Source: Chiloscyllium plagiosum
Taxonomy: Eukaryota
Reading direction: 5' to 3'
Assembly (NCBI RefSeq): GCF_004010195.1
Contig: NC_057719.1
Coordinates: 30,065,853-30,129,852, forward strand
Length of the DNA: 64,000 nt
Under the pieces are notes generated by a model. It was given only the letters and a program-made list of their open reading frames with translations. It was not told the origin of the DNA and did not search any database. This document shows positions 24,401-36,665 of this stretch, piece after piece. Numbering within the stretch: position 1 is the first letter of the stretch; every line of letters starts with the position of its first letter. The position numbers and the translations under genes were made by a program.

Positions 24401-25339
24401 GATTCTCCTGTTCCCTGGATGCTGCCTGACCTGCTGCCCTTTTCCAGCAACACATTTTCAGCTCTGATCTCCAGCATCTGCAGTCCTCACTTTCTCCTCT
24501 CACACTCTATACCCTATTAACCCGAGGATATTCAAACTTTGTTTCCTATGGTCCCCTGTGCTCATTGACTCATATTATCTCCTGGTCAAGCAAAACCTTG
24601 ATTTTAAAACTCTCACCCTTTGAGACAATTTTAGCATCCTATTGGAGAAGGGGAATGCTGGGAATTAATATAATCAGGGAAGATGTTGGGAGCTATCATG
24701 TCAAATTACCATTGATGGGATTGAGTTAAAAGCCTCTTCCTGTCAACATTATTTTGCCAGCATTAGGGGGGAGTATTATCGCATTGGAGAGTGTCAGGCT
24801 AACCTAGGTTGCTTTTGAACAATCCGTAAGCAGTTCCAGATAAGACGACTCCCTTAATGACCATCCATGCCCTGTACAGTGGCCCCAGGGTGCCTTGGTG
24901 ACTGGGATATCTTGCCCCACCCACCCTGCAATCCCAGGGCCTGCTCCAACTTGCTGGAAAGAAACTTGTCTTAAAGGTGCCTCTTCCTCATCCTGCAGCC
25001 TTCACAGCGGCCATCAATGGTGAGATGGGACTGAAGCTTACATGTTTTTAGCTAAGTCTGAGTTAGATGAGTTTTCTGAAGGGATTTCTGCCACATGGTC
25101 TAGTAGGTTTTCTCATCTCTTACCAATCTCACCTCATTAAGTACCTACCCGTCCTCTAAAGCGTGCTTCGGATCTGATTGTAGCCCCCATCTTACCAACT
25201 TTCATTGCTGGACAACTTGTCAATCAGTTGGATATCCCTGAATTACCCAGGCCCATGCCATCTTTAAAAGCTTGTTGTCTACCCAGACAAGAAACTATTC
25301 CAGAGCTGCTCTCCACTTCCTGCCATTTGCCCAGACATG

Positions 25340-25570
25340 GTAAGCTAGTGTAAATTGGTGTTCCAAAGTGTGGACAGGGACCTGAAGGTTCTTCAGGATT
25401 AGATGTTACCAACATGGAACATTCCTGCCCCCCCCCCATGGCCAGCAGTGGACGCTATGACATCAGACCATACCAGCCTGGTGTGATTTTGCCACCCAGG
25501 TCAGTATAATCTCAAACATCTGGAGGGTAACCCAGCAGTGTAGGGAGAAGGTCATTGACCTTTTCCACCT
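25340..25570 (+). mobile_element. PIF/Harbinger Myb/SANT-like domain remnant
   Basis: 25467-25568 translates TIPAWCDFATQVSIISNIWRVTQQCREKVIDLFH; upstream VDRDLKVLQD. Confidence 0.65.
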
Positions 25571-26767
25571 ACTAGAGTAAATGCCAACATCTTCTATCCA
25601 ACAGCTCACTCTATCTCTATACTGTACTGACGTCACACCAAGATTCATGTTTTATTACTCTCACTGACCCTGCAACATTTTCCTTCAGTCAATGTTGTCC
25701 ACCTCAACACCAACCACAATCCCAGCCAACACTAATGCTGCATCATGCCCTCTGTGCTGTCCAATCAGTCACTGCACCAAAAGTAAAACTATTCCACCGA
25801 ATTTCAACTCTCTTAATACCTGTCGTATTCTCATGCCACGAGGCTGGATACCTTAAAAAGTAAAGAAAGAGTCAGGACAGGTGATGGGCTACCTCACATT
25901 TACTTCCTTATATGAGAAGCAACCTGACTCTACTACCCTGAGTGGTTGACTGACTGTTACCAACCTCTTGACTTACCTTCCTGGGGCCCGCTGAGCAATG
26001 GCTATCTCCCTTGACTTTGACAGCCATGACAAGCTTCCTTCCTTCCTTTCTATCTACGCTAAAAGATAAGGCAATGAGTAGTACCATAAGACTGAAAGGA
26101 CAAAGCGCAAAAAGGCAAAGGAGTGATACTTGGAGCATCCAGGCAAACTTAGTATCAATGCTATGACAGAGACTGAAAAGCCCGAGATGCAGCCTGGTCC
26201 AGTCTATGACTGGGTGTGTGTCCCTGAGCACATAGTGTCCTTGCTATGGCATTACAATGAAATTTCCAGTGCGGGTCAAGGTACAACACTGAAGTGCAGA
26301 AGTGTCCTGTTAGTGGATCAGAGACATGTCATGAGATTTCTTAGAGATCAGCACATAATCAGATGCCAATGTCTCTGGACACAAGGTGTGTGTAGTCGAT
26401 GCCCCTAGGATGTGTCCTGAGATATTGGTACCTGGTGTCCAACATAGAGATTACTCACAGCAAGAGGTGAGCTGAATTCACTGGGTATCCACACTGATTT
26501 CCATATCAGGTTTTTTTGAGATCTAACTTGCTCAGCAAGTTTTGTCAAGTGGAAAGCAAAATGTTAAAGAGGAAGATGGAGCCATAAAGAAGGCACTTAA
26601 CAAGTTAATACCTCTTAATTAACAACTCACTACTGCCTAGCAAGAAATGTTCCATATCCCTTGACAAAACTATTCAAGAAAAGGTGTCGTCAAGGTCTCT
26701 TTAAATGTCAGAACAAATTCAATGGGCAGAATATATTATAGTCCCAATATATTATACATACATTAAG

Positions 26768-27032
26768 GGGTGGTGATGGCCAAGTGGTATTATGGTTGGA
26801 CTATTAATCCAGAGACCCAAGTAATATTCTGGGGACCTGGGTTCAATGAAAATCTGGAATTAAGAATCTAATGTTGACCATGAATCCATTGTCAATTGTC
26901 AGGGAAAAAAAAACATCTGGTTCACTAATGTCCTTTAAGGAAGGAAACTGCCATCCTTACCTGGTCTGTCCTACATGTGACTACAGATCCACAGCAATGT
27001 GGTTGGCTCTTAAGTGGGCATCTAGGGATGGA
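26768..27032 (+). mobile_element. tRNA-derived SINE family B (core CTGGTTCACTAATGTCCTTTAAGGAAGGAAA)
   Basis: A/B-box head; other copies at ~38400-38655, 40199-40540, 50085-50290 and 59190-59512 (minus). Confidence 0.75.
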
Positions 27033-28224
27033 CAGTTACCTCTGAGATATTTGCACTCACCTAATTCTGGCCTTTTGACGATCCCTTTAATTGCTCAACC
27101 AATGGCTGTCAGGTACCCAAGCTTTATTCACTGGGATTCCATCCACAAACTATCCACCATTCTACTTTCTTCCTTTAGCACACCCCTCAAAAAGTACCTT
27201 TTTTAGAACATAGAACATAAAACATTACCGCGCAGTATAGGCCCTTCAGCCTGTACTCGATGTTGTGCCGCACTGTGAAACCAATCTGAAGTCCATCTAA
27301 CCTACATTATTCCATTCTTGTCCATAAGCCTATCCAATTACCATTTATTGTAAATGCCCATAAAGATGGCGAGTCTACAACTGTTGCAGGCAGTGTATTC
27401 CACACCCTGAGTAAAGAAACTACCTCTGACATCTGTCCTATATCTATCACCCCTCAATTTGAATCTGTGCCTCCTCATGCTAGCCATCACTATTCTAGGA
27501 AAAAGGCTCTCACTGTCCACCCAATCTAACCGTCTGATTATCTTATGTGTCTCAATTAAGTCACCTCTCAACTTTCTTCACTCTAACGAAAACAGCCTCA
27601 AGCCCATCAACCTTTCCTTGTAGGACTTTCTCTCCATACCGGGCAACATCTTAGTAAATCTCCTCTGAACCCTTTCCAAAGCTTCCATTCCTTCCTATAA
27701 TGCGGTGACCAGAACTGTACGCAATACTCCAAATGCGGCTACACCAGAGTTTTGTAAAGCTGCAGCATGACCTCATCATTCCAAAATTCAATCCCTCTAC
27801 TAATAAAAGCTAATACACAGTATGCCTTCTTAACAGCCCTATCAATCTGGGTGGCAACTTCGAGGGATCTATGCACATGGACACCGAGATCTCTCTACTC
27901 ATCTACACTACCAAGAATCTACCATTCACCCAGTACTCTACATTCCTGTTACTCCTTCCAAAGTGAATCACCTCACACTTTTCTGCATTAAACTCCATTT
28001 GCCACCTCTCAGACCAGATCTGCATCTTATTTATTTCCCTCCATAACTTACAACATCCTTCAGCCCTATCTGCAATTGTACCAACCTTAGTGTCATCCCA
28101 CAAATTTACTCACCCGTCCTTCTACGCCCTCATCCAGGTCATTTATAAAAATGACAAACAGCAGTGGACCCAAAACAGATCATTGCAGTATAAAACTAGC
28201 AACTGAACTCCAGGATGAACATGG

Positions 28225-28512
28225 TGGGCGGCACGGTGGCACAGTGGTTAGCACTGCTGCCTCACAGCGCCAGAGACCCGGGTTCAATTCCCAACTCAGG
28301 CGACTGACTGTGTGGAGTTTGCACATTCTCCCCGTGTCTGTGTGGGTTTCCTCCCACAGTCCAAAGATGTGCGGGGCAGGTGAATTGGCTGTGCTAAATT
28401 GCCCGTAGTGTTAGGTTAAAGGGGTAAATGTAGGGGTATGGGTGGGTTGCGGGTTGGCGTGGACTTGTTGGGCCGAAGGGCCTGTTTCCGCACTGTAAGT
28501 AATCTAATCTAA
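28225..28512 (+). mobile_element. HE1-type V-SINE
   Basis: Full head and tail with a short internal deletion. Confidence 0.9.
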
Positions 28513-29213
28513 TTTCCAATCAACCACCACCCTCTATCTTCTTTCAGCTAGCCAACCTCTGATCCAAACTGCTAAATTGCCGTCAATCCCATGCTTTCAT
28601 ATTATGTGCAATAGCCTATCATGGGGAACATTATCAAACAACTTACTAAAATCCATATACACCATATCAATGGCTTTACCCTGTTTGGTCATCTTCTCAA
28701 AGAACTCAGTAAGGTTTGTGAGGCATAACCTGCCCTTCACAAAACCACGCTGACTATCCCTCATCAACTTATTCCATTCTAGATTATTATAAATCCTATC
28801 TCTCATAACCTTTTCCAACACTTCACCCCCACAACTGAAGTAAGGCTTACTGGTCTATAATTACCAAAGTTTTCTCTAGTCCCCTTCTTGAACAAGTGAA
28901 CAACATTTACTATCCTCCAGTCTTCTAGTACTATTCTTGTAGGCAATGACGACATAAAGATCAAAGCCTAAGTTTTGCAATCTCCTCCATGGCTTTCCAG
29001 AAAATCCTAGGATAAATCCCATCCGGCTCCTTGTGAATCTCAATCCCATCTAGTCTAGTAGCCTGTTTCTCCATATTCTCCTTGACAACATTGTCTTTTT
29101 CCAATGTGAATACTGATGAAAAATATTCATTTAGCGCCTCTCCTATCTCCTCAGACACCACACACAACTTCCCATCACTGTCCTTGATTGGCCCTAATCT
29201 TACTTTAGTCATT

Positions 29214-29776
29214 TAGTCACTGAGTACTTTAACTACTCAGTCCCCTTGGCATCATGGTAGCCCACAAACCCACCAACACACTAAAACAGCAGCTCATGAA
29301 TTTGAAAGACCATATACAGACAATAAGCAAAACTAATGTTATTTACAAAATACCGTGAAGGACTGTAACAAACACTACATTGGACAAACAGGCAGAAAAT
29401 GGCCACCTGGATACATGAATATCAACTAGTCACTAAACGACATGACCCTCTCTCACTAGTATCCTTACATACAGATGAGGAAGGACACCACTTCAACTGG
29501 GACAACACATCCATCCTAGGACAAGCCAAATATAGACACACACAAGAATTCCAACTGGAACGCTATCAACAAACACATCGAGTTAAACCCCATCTATCAC
29601 CCCCTGAGAAAAAGAACAGGAAATGGCATCACCAACCCAAAGAAACCCAAACATATAAATAGAAAGCAGGAATTATCAACAATGCTTCGTCCGGAGGCCC
29701 ACTGAAGATATTACCTAGTTGGGTGACGAAAGACTGGAAATGAACCTTTCAGTCAGCAAGCAAACCTACAACCAGA
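29214..29776 (+). mobile_element. Penelope-like element 3' fragment (GIY-YIG endonuclease + pLTR) with 12-bp TSD
   Basis: Frameshifted VAHKPTNTLKQQLMNLKD...NVIYKIP...HYIGQTGR; CTGAAGA(29702)...GGTGAC GAAA; TSD ACTTTAGTCATT at 29202-29213 and 29777-29788. Confidence 0.85.
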
Positions 29777-30384
29777 ACTTTAGTCATTCTTTTATCCCTC
29801 ACATACATTTCAAAAGCTGATCCTATCCACCAACAACTTCTCATGTCCCCTCTCACTCATCTTAGCTCTCTCTTTATATTTTGTATAAACTGTTTAGTCA
29901 CAGGTTATTCAGGTTGATCAGATTGTTTATATCTGGACAGGATATTTGGAATTAAAAACTGACACAGATAAGAAAACGTGTAGGGTTATAGGGAGATTAA
30001 AGTAGAGTAACAGTAGGAATATAGCTTATTCCGAGCTGGTACAGAGATGACGGGCTGTGTGACCACCATTTTTGCTGTAATTATTCTGAGAAATGTATTA
30101 AAAACTTTCAGAGACAAGCTTATTCGTAAAGGACTCAAACAACGTCATCATCAATAATCTATTCCTGTTGTTTCGTAAAGATAGATACCGCTAAAATGTC
30201 TTTAAAATCAAAATTAATTTGCTGAGATTTGCACAGTTATGAGGATATTGGCCAAAAGTTATTTTTTGGACCTTAAAGAGGAAATAGACTCCAGTGTAAT
30301 ACAAGTGTCACTGGCACAAGTAATGGGAAGAGGAATGGAGCATATTGTCCAAGTATAACCAGGTTCAACATCAACATCGCGAAC

Positions 30385-30600
30385 AGCAAAATGTTAGAGA
30401 TAATGGAAACCTGAAAGGCAAGCACAAAATGGTGGAGAAATGCAACAGATAAGGCAGGATCTGGGGAGAGAAACAGATTTTATCGATCAAGTCTGATATG
30501 AACCTGTTCTGAAAATGTCATACCTCCACTAAGAAAGTTAATTCCACTTCTCTCTGCTCTGATACTGCCAGAACTGCTGAGTTTCTCTCTAGCACTTTCC
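30385..30600. mobile_element. Old inverted pLTR pair
   Basis: Degenerate minus then plus copies of the 56281-56385-type pLTR. Confidence 0.5.
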
Positions 30601-30602
30601 AT

Positions 30603-31500
30603 TGGTTAAATGGCAGGACACAGAGTAATGGTGGAGGGTTGCTTTTCGGACTGGAGGCCTGTGACCAGCAGTTTTTCACAGAGGTTGGTTTTCAGTTTGT
30701 CATTTATATAAATGTTTTGAATGAAAAATAGAAGGCATGGTTAGTAAGTTTGCAGATGACACCAAAATGTTGTGGCACAACGGACAGCGAAAAAGTGTTT
30801 CTGTGACTACATAAGGATCTTGATCAAGTGGGTCAATGGGGTGACAAATGGCATTTAGAGTTCAATCTGGATAAATGCAAGATACAGACAATTGTGTGTG
30901 TTTACCGTTGTCTAATGCACTGGGAACGGGATGATTTTGTTCCCATCTCCTGGGGTTCAACACAAAGATGACGTCCTTGATATTTAAGTGGCCCTACCAT
31001 CTCCCTCGTTACTGTCTTGCTCTTAATGTAGTCGTAGGATCTCTTTGGATTATCCTTAATCTTATCTGCCAATGCTATCTCATATCCCCTTTTTATCTTC
31101 CTGATTTCTCATTTATGTATGCCCCACACTCTATTTATTAAGAGATTCAATTGAACCAAGTCATCTATATCTAAAGTAAGATTCTCTTTTATTCCTGAGT
31201 AGGAACTCACTAACTTTATTTATCCATTGTTCTTTAACCTTACCAGCCTTACTCTAATAGGAGCATAATGTCTCTGAACTCTCGTTGTCACACTGTTGAA
31301 CTGTCAGACTGCAAACAGTCTACTCTAATCAAACTTTGAAAACCCTTGTCTCATACCGTTAAAAGTGTGTGGTACTCCAATTAAAAAGATCACATATAAA
31401 TAATGCTTATTCTTTTCCATAACCATTTTGAAACCAATAGAGTTATGAACACAAGACCAAAAATGTTTCCCCACTTTTACTTCAGTCACCTGCCTGGCCT
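30603..31500. mobile_element. Two CR1 fragments (+ at ~30603-30885, - at ~30905-31500)
   Basis: KFADDTK motif at 30747; minus-strand CR1 ORF2-like sequence after it. Confidence 0.7.
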
Positions 31501-31509
31501 TATTGCGCA

Positions 31510-34500
31510 AAAGAAGGCTGTGTGAGGAGATTACTCCACAGTTGAAGAGGGTGAAGACATGACTGCCAAGCTGATTCAGTGTGCTGCGTGCATGATTTGG
31601 GAGGTCAGGGACACTGATGGTGTCTCTGGCTCCTATAGCTATGGTAAGTGTGTACACATTCAGCTTCTGAAGGAGCATGTTGCAGTACTGAAGAAAGAAC
31701 TAGATGACCTCAGGATCATTCGAGAAAACAAGAATTTTCTGGACAGAACCTTCAGCGAGGTCATTACACCGAGCATACCAGAAGAGACAATGGAGATGAT
31801 GATGAGGAAGGAAGAGATGATTCAAGTACAAGAGATCCCGGGGGAAGTACCTCTCGTGAACAAGTGAACCTCATGGAAACTGTTGAGACAGATGATATTG
31901 CCAGTTCACGAGGTGGACAGGTCTGCCAATTGAAAATTGGCATGGAAGCAAAGCCGAGGAGTCAGACATCATGCAGAGCCATGGTAATAGGAGACTCCAT
32001 AGTGCGAGGAACTGAAAAGTGTTTCTGCGGCAACAGGCAGGAATTGAGGATGGTGTGTTGCCTTCTGGTGCCAGGATTCAGGACGTCACCGACAGAGTGC
32101 AAGGAATCCTCTAGGGCAAAGGTGAAGAGCCAGAGGTGATGGTGCATGTCAGCACAAGTGACATCATGAAGAAGAGGAGGGACATTCTACAGCGGGACTT
32201 CAGAGAACTCAGACGAAGGCTGAAAAGCAAGACTTCCAGGTGGTTATCTCCAGTTTGCTTTCAGTTCCTCAGGCTGGAGAGAGCAGGAACAGAGAGATAA
32301 TGGACTTGAATGTGTGGCTGAGGAACTGGTGCAGAAAGCAAGGATTTAAATTCTTGGATCACTGGGGTATGTTTTGCGGTAAGGATAAATTATACAAGAG
32401 CAACGGGTTGCACCTTAATGGGTGGGGACCAGCATTCTGGCAGGCAGGTTTGCCACTGTGTTTAAACTAAGTAGTGGGGGACAGGGGACAAACTGGAATT
32501 TCAAGAAGGAGGTTAAAGGGAAAGTGAGATATAAGAGAAGTTAAGGAAGACAACAGAATCAATGGAGCAGAAAACTCAAGAAGGGATCATACAGTATGGT
32601 CAAGTGAAATAGGGATTGATAAAAAGGGTGAGGGGAATAACAAATGTAAAATATTATATATGAATGCGCGAAGCATAAGAAATAAGGTGGAGGATCTTGA
32701 GACTCAGTTGGAAATTGACAGGTACGATGTTGTGGGGATAACTAAGACATGGCTTCAAGTGGACAAAGCCTGGGAAATGAATATTCAAGGCTATAGTGCT
32801 ATCGAAAGGACAGAGTGATGGGCAGAGGGGGTGGGGTGGCTCTGTTGGTGAGGAATAATATTCAGTCCCTTGCAAGGGGGGACATAGAATCAGGAGATGT
32901 AGAGTCAGTATGGATGGAGCTGAGAAATTCTAAGGGTAGAAAGACCCTGTGGGAGCTATCTACAGGCCCCCAAACAGTAGTCTGGATGTCGGGTGTAAGT
33001 TGAAGAAGAAATTGAAATTGGCCTGTCGCAAAGGTATTACTACAGTTGTTATGGGGGATTTCAACATGCAGGTAGACTGGGAGAATCAGGATGGTACTGG
33101 ACCCCAAGAAAGGGAGTCTGTGGAGTGCCTCCGAGGTGGATTCTTAGAACAGCTTATACTGAAGCCTCCCAGGAAGAAGGCAATTCTGGATCTGGTGTTG
33201 TGCAACAAACCGGATTTGATCATGGACCTCAAAGAAAAGGAGCCATTAGGAGGTAGTGACCATTCAGGTTGGTATGACAGGTCGGCGAAACATTGAAGGC
33301 CGAAGGGCCTGTACTGTGCTGTAATGTTCTATGTTCTATGTTCTATAATATGATAAGTTTTAATAAGTTTTAATTTGAGAGGGAGAAGGGAGAATTGGAA
33401 GTGTTAGTATTGCAGTTGAACAAAGGGAACTATGGAGCTATTAGGGAGGAGCTGGCTAAAGTTCAATGGTTCAATACCCTAGCAGAGATGGCAGTGAATC
33501 AACAATGACAGGTATTTCTGGATACAATGCAGAAGGTGCAGGGTCAGTTCATTCCAAAGAGGAAGAAAGATCCTAAGGGGAGGCAGGGGTGGCCATGGCT
33601 GACGAGGGAAGTTAAGGACTGTATGAAGATAAAATAGAAGAAGTATAACATAGCAAAGATGAGCGGGAAGCTGGAGGACTGGGAAACTGAAGCAACAGAG
33701 GATAACTAAGGCAATACCTGGAGAAAAAAATGAAGTACAAAGGCAAACTGGCCAAAAATATAAAGGAGGATACTAAAAGCTTTTTTAGGTATGTAAAAAG
33801 GGAAAAAAAAGGTTAAGACTAAAATTGGGCCCTTGAAGACAGAAACGGGTGAATTTATTATGGGGAGCAAGGAAATGGCTGAAGAGTTGAGTAGGTACTT
33901 TGGGTCTGTCTTCACTAGGGAAGACACAGGCAATCTCCCAGATGTAATAGTGGCTGAAGGACCTAGGGTAATGGAGGAACTTAAGGGAATTTATATTAGG
34001 CAGAAAATTGTGTTGGATAGACTGTTAGGTCTGAAGGCTGATAAGTCCCCGGGACCTGATGGTCTGCATCCCAGGGTCCTTAAGGAGGTGGCTGTAGAAA
34101 TCGTGGGCACATTAGTAATCATTTTCCAATGTTCTATAGATTCAGGATTAGTTCCTTCGGATTGGGGGGTGGCTAATGTTGTCCCAATTTTCAAAAAAGG
34201 AGGGAGAGAGAAAACACGGAATTATAGACCGCTTGGCCTGACGTCAGTGGTGGGAAAGATGCTGGAGTCAATTATAAAAGATGAAATTACGACTCATTTG
34301 AATAACAGTAACAGATAGGTCAGAGTCAGCATGGATTTACGATTAATCTTCTGGAAGTTTTTGAGGATGTGATTATGAAGATGGGCAAGTTAGAACCAGT
34401 GGATGTAGTGTACCTGGACTTTCAGAAAGCCTTTGATAAAGTCCCACATAGGAGGTTAGTGAGCAAAATTAGAGCACATGGTATTGGGGGCAAAATACTG

Positions 34501-35580
34501 ACTTGGATTGAAAATTGGCTGACTGACAGGAAGCAAGGAGTAGTGATAAACGGAATGGCAGGCGGTGACTAGTGGGGTACTACAAGGTTCAGTGCTGGGA
34601 CCGCAGCTGTTTACAATATACATTAATGATATAGATGAAGGTATTAAAAGTAATATTAGCAAATTTGCTGATGACACAAAGCTGGGTAGCAGGGTGAAAT
34701 GTGAGGAGGATGTTATGAGAATACAGGGTGACTTGGACAGGCTAGGTGAGTGGATGGATGCATGGCAGATGCAGTTTAATGTGGATAAATGTGTGGTTAT
34801 CCACTCTGGTGGCAAGAACAGGAAGGCAGATTACTTTCCAAATGGAGTCAAGTTAGGTAAAGGGGGAGTACAAAGAGATCTAGGTATTCTTGTACATCAG
34901 TCAATGCAGGTACAGCAGGCAGTGAAGAAAGCTAATGGCATGCTGGCCTTCATAACAAGAGAAATTGAGTACAGGAGCAAAGAGGTCCTTCTGCAGCTGT
35001 ACAGGGCCCTGGTGAGACCACATCTGGAGTATTGTGTGCAGTTTTGGTCTCCAAATTTGAGGAAGGACATTTTGGCTATAGAGGGAATGCAGCGTAGATT
35101 CACGATGTCAATTCCCAGAGTGGCGGGACTGTCATATGTTGAAAGAATGGAGCGACTGGGCTTGTGTACACTTGAGTTTAGAATGATGAGAGGGGATCTG
35201 ATTGAGATGTATAAGATTATTAAAGGATTGGACACATTGGAGGTAGAAAACATGTTTCCGTTGATTGGTGAGTCCAGAACCAGAGAACACAGTTTAAAAA
35301 TAACTGGGTAGGCCATTTAGAATAGAGTTGAGTAGAAACTTCTTCACCCAGAGAGTGGTGGATATATGGAATGCTCTTCCCCAGAAGGCAGTGGAGGCCA
35401 GGTCTCTGGATACTTTCAAGAAAGAGATGGATAGAGGTCTTAAAGATAGTGGAATCAAGGGTTATGGGGGTAAGGCAGGAACAGGATACTGATTGTGGAT
35501 GATCAGTCATGATTATAATGAATGATGGTGCTGGCTCGAAGGGCCGAATGGCCTACTCCTGCACCGATCGTCTATTATCT
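31510..35580 (+). mobile_element. Near full-length CR1 LINE (ORF1 zinc finger + SGNH esterase; ORF2 APE + RT), inactivated
   Basis: ORF1 from 31559 (CAACMIW..YGKC; VIGDSIVR; FKFLDHW). ORF2 motifs YMNARSIRNK, MGDFN, GSDH, SPGPDG, NYRP, DFQKAFDKVPH, QGSVLGP, KFADD. Multiple frameshifts and stops. Confidence 0.93.
33265..33345 (+). mobile_element. Short 3' tail of another CR1 family inserted in the LINE
   Basis: ggccgaagggcctgtactgtgctgtaa(tgttcta)3, matching the tail of the 27205 element. Confidence 0.75.
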
Positions 35581-36632
35581 AGTTTTGCTCTTTCTCTCAG
35601 GAGAGTATCCACATATTGATAAAGAACGTTTACTTGAACACATTTGACAAATTCTTCACCATCCAAACCTTTAACCTTTTTAAAAAAGCTTTTGTCTATC
35701 TGCTCTAATTTTCCTTATGTGAATTGTGTAGTGTTGTTTTATAACCCTCCTGTGAAGCACCGTGGGCTTTTTAAATGCGTTAATGATGCATGTACTGTAA
35801 GAATAACTAGCTGATGACATTTTACACACTTCTCTCAGTGAGTAACAGGGATACTGTCATGTTGCAGTGATTTTGCGCTATAATGTAATACTTATATTAG
35901 CCACAGGGGGATGCAAAACCCCCATGAATCACAAAGCTTAACGGAGTCATAATATTTTGAAGGAAAAGGCAAAAAAGAACAGCACATAAGAATCACAAAC
36001 TGCAATCCATATATTTTTTAAGTGAGATAAGTATCAAAACTAATAAAATCATCCAAGTGTATAATATTAACAGAATGCCCAGTGATACTTACCTCAGAAT
36101 GACAGTTTAATTTAACCTCATATTTCTTGTACTTGTAAGAAAAATGATGTAGAATCAATTATGTTATTTTAGAAGTGGAAGGTCAGCATGAGGTAGCTCA
36201 CCTCCATATCAGACGTCCATTTAGAACAACTGGTGAAATAGTGGCATCATCTGGTGTAATTTTATTGCCAGAAGATTTGACTCATCATTTCCTAGATGCT
36301 GAATTATCTAATTATTTACTTACAAAGCTTGCAGAAATTTAACAATTTTATTTTATGCAAGTATTATTATTGGTTAATTATTCCCTCATCTGATTCAATA
36401 AATCAGGGAGAAACTACAATGTGAATCAAGCTCACAAACTATAGGCTCACAGCCTATCTGGCGTAGACTGAATCAATTATTCTTATTCTGTTTGTTTTTC
36501 CCTTCAGAGGGCCGAGAATTTTCCAGTGTCGTCAGAAGTGCATGAACTCAGAACTTCCATTTGCTGCTTTCATTTCACTATGATTACATCCTACTATCCT
36601 TAGAGAGCTAATTTAAATAATAGACAATGTCT

Positions 36633-36633
<1 letters not shown>

Positions 36634-36665
<32 letters not shown>
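36634..36665 (+). repeat. (TAA)10 microsatellite
   Basis: Read directly; AATAATAGACAATG occurs on both sides. Confidence 0.95.

Larger units (their letters stand above)
24162..24495. mobile_element. Composite Penelope pLTR insertion with three hammerhead motifs
   Basis: Flanked by direct repeat CCTCTCACACTCTATA (24146-24161, 24496-24511); inverted arm + captured DNA + tandem pLTR. Confidence 0.88.
27205..29880 (-). mobile_element. CR1 LINE remnant containing nested SINE and Penelope
   Basis: ORFs with RGDLIETHKII, VYMDFSKLFDNVPH and EALNEYFSSVFT; tail (tagaaca)n. Confidence 0.9.

Noticed and set aside
24162..24495. Repeat-spacer-repeat layout reminiscent of a CRISPR array
   Set aside because: Vertebrate DNA with no cas genes. 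The repeats are inverted and tandem Penelope pLTR units with a TSD.
34565..35311. 248-aa ORF as a host gene or active reverse transcriptase
   Set aside because: Fragment of a frameshifted CR1 ORF2.
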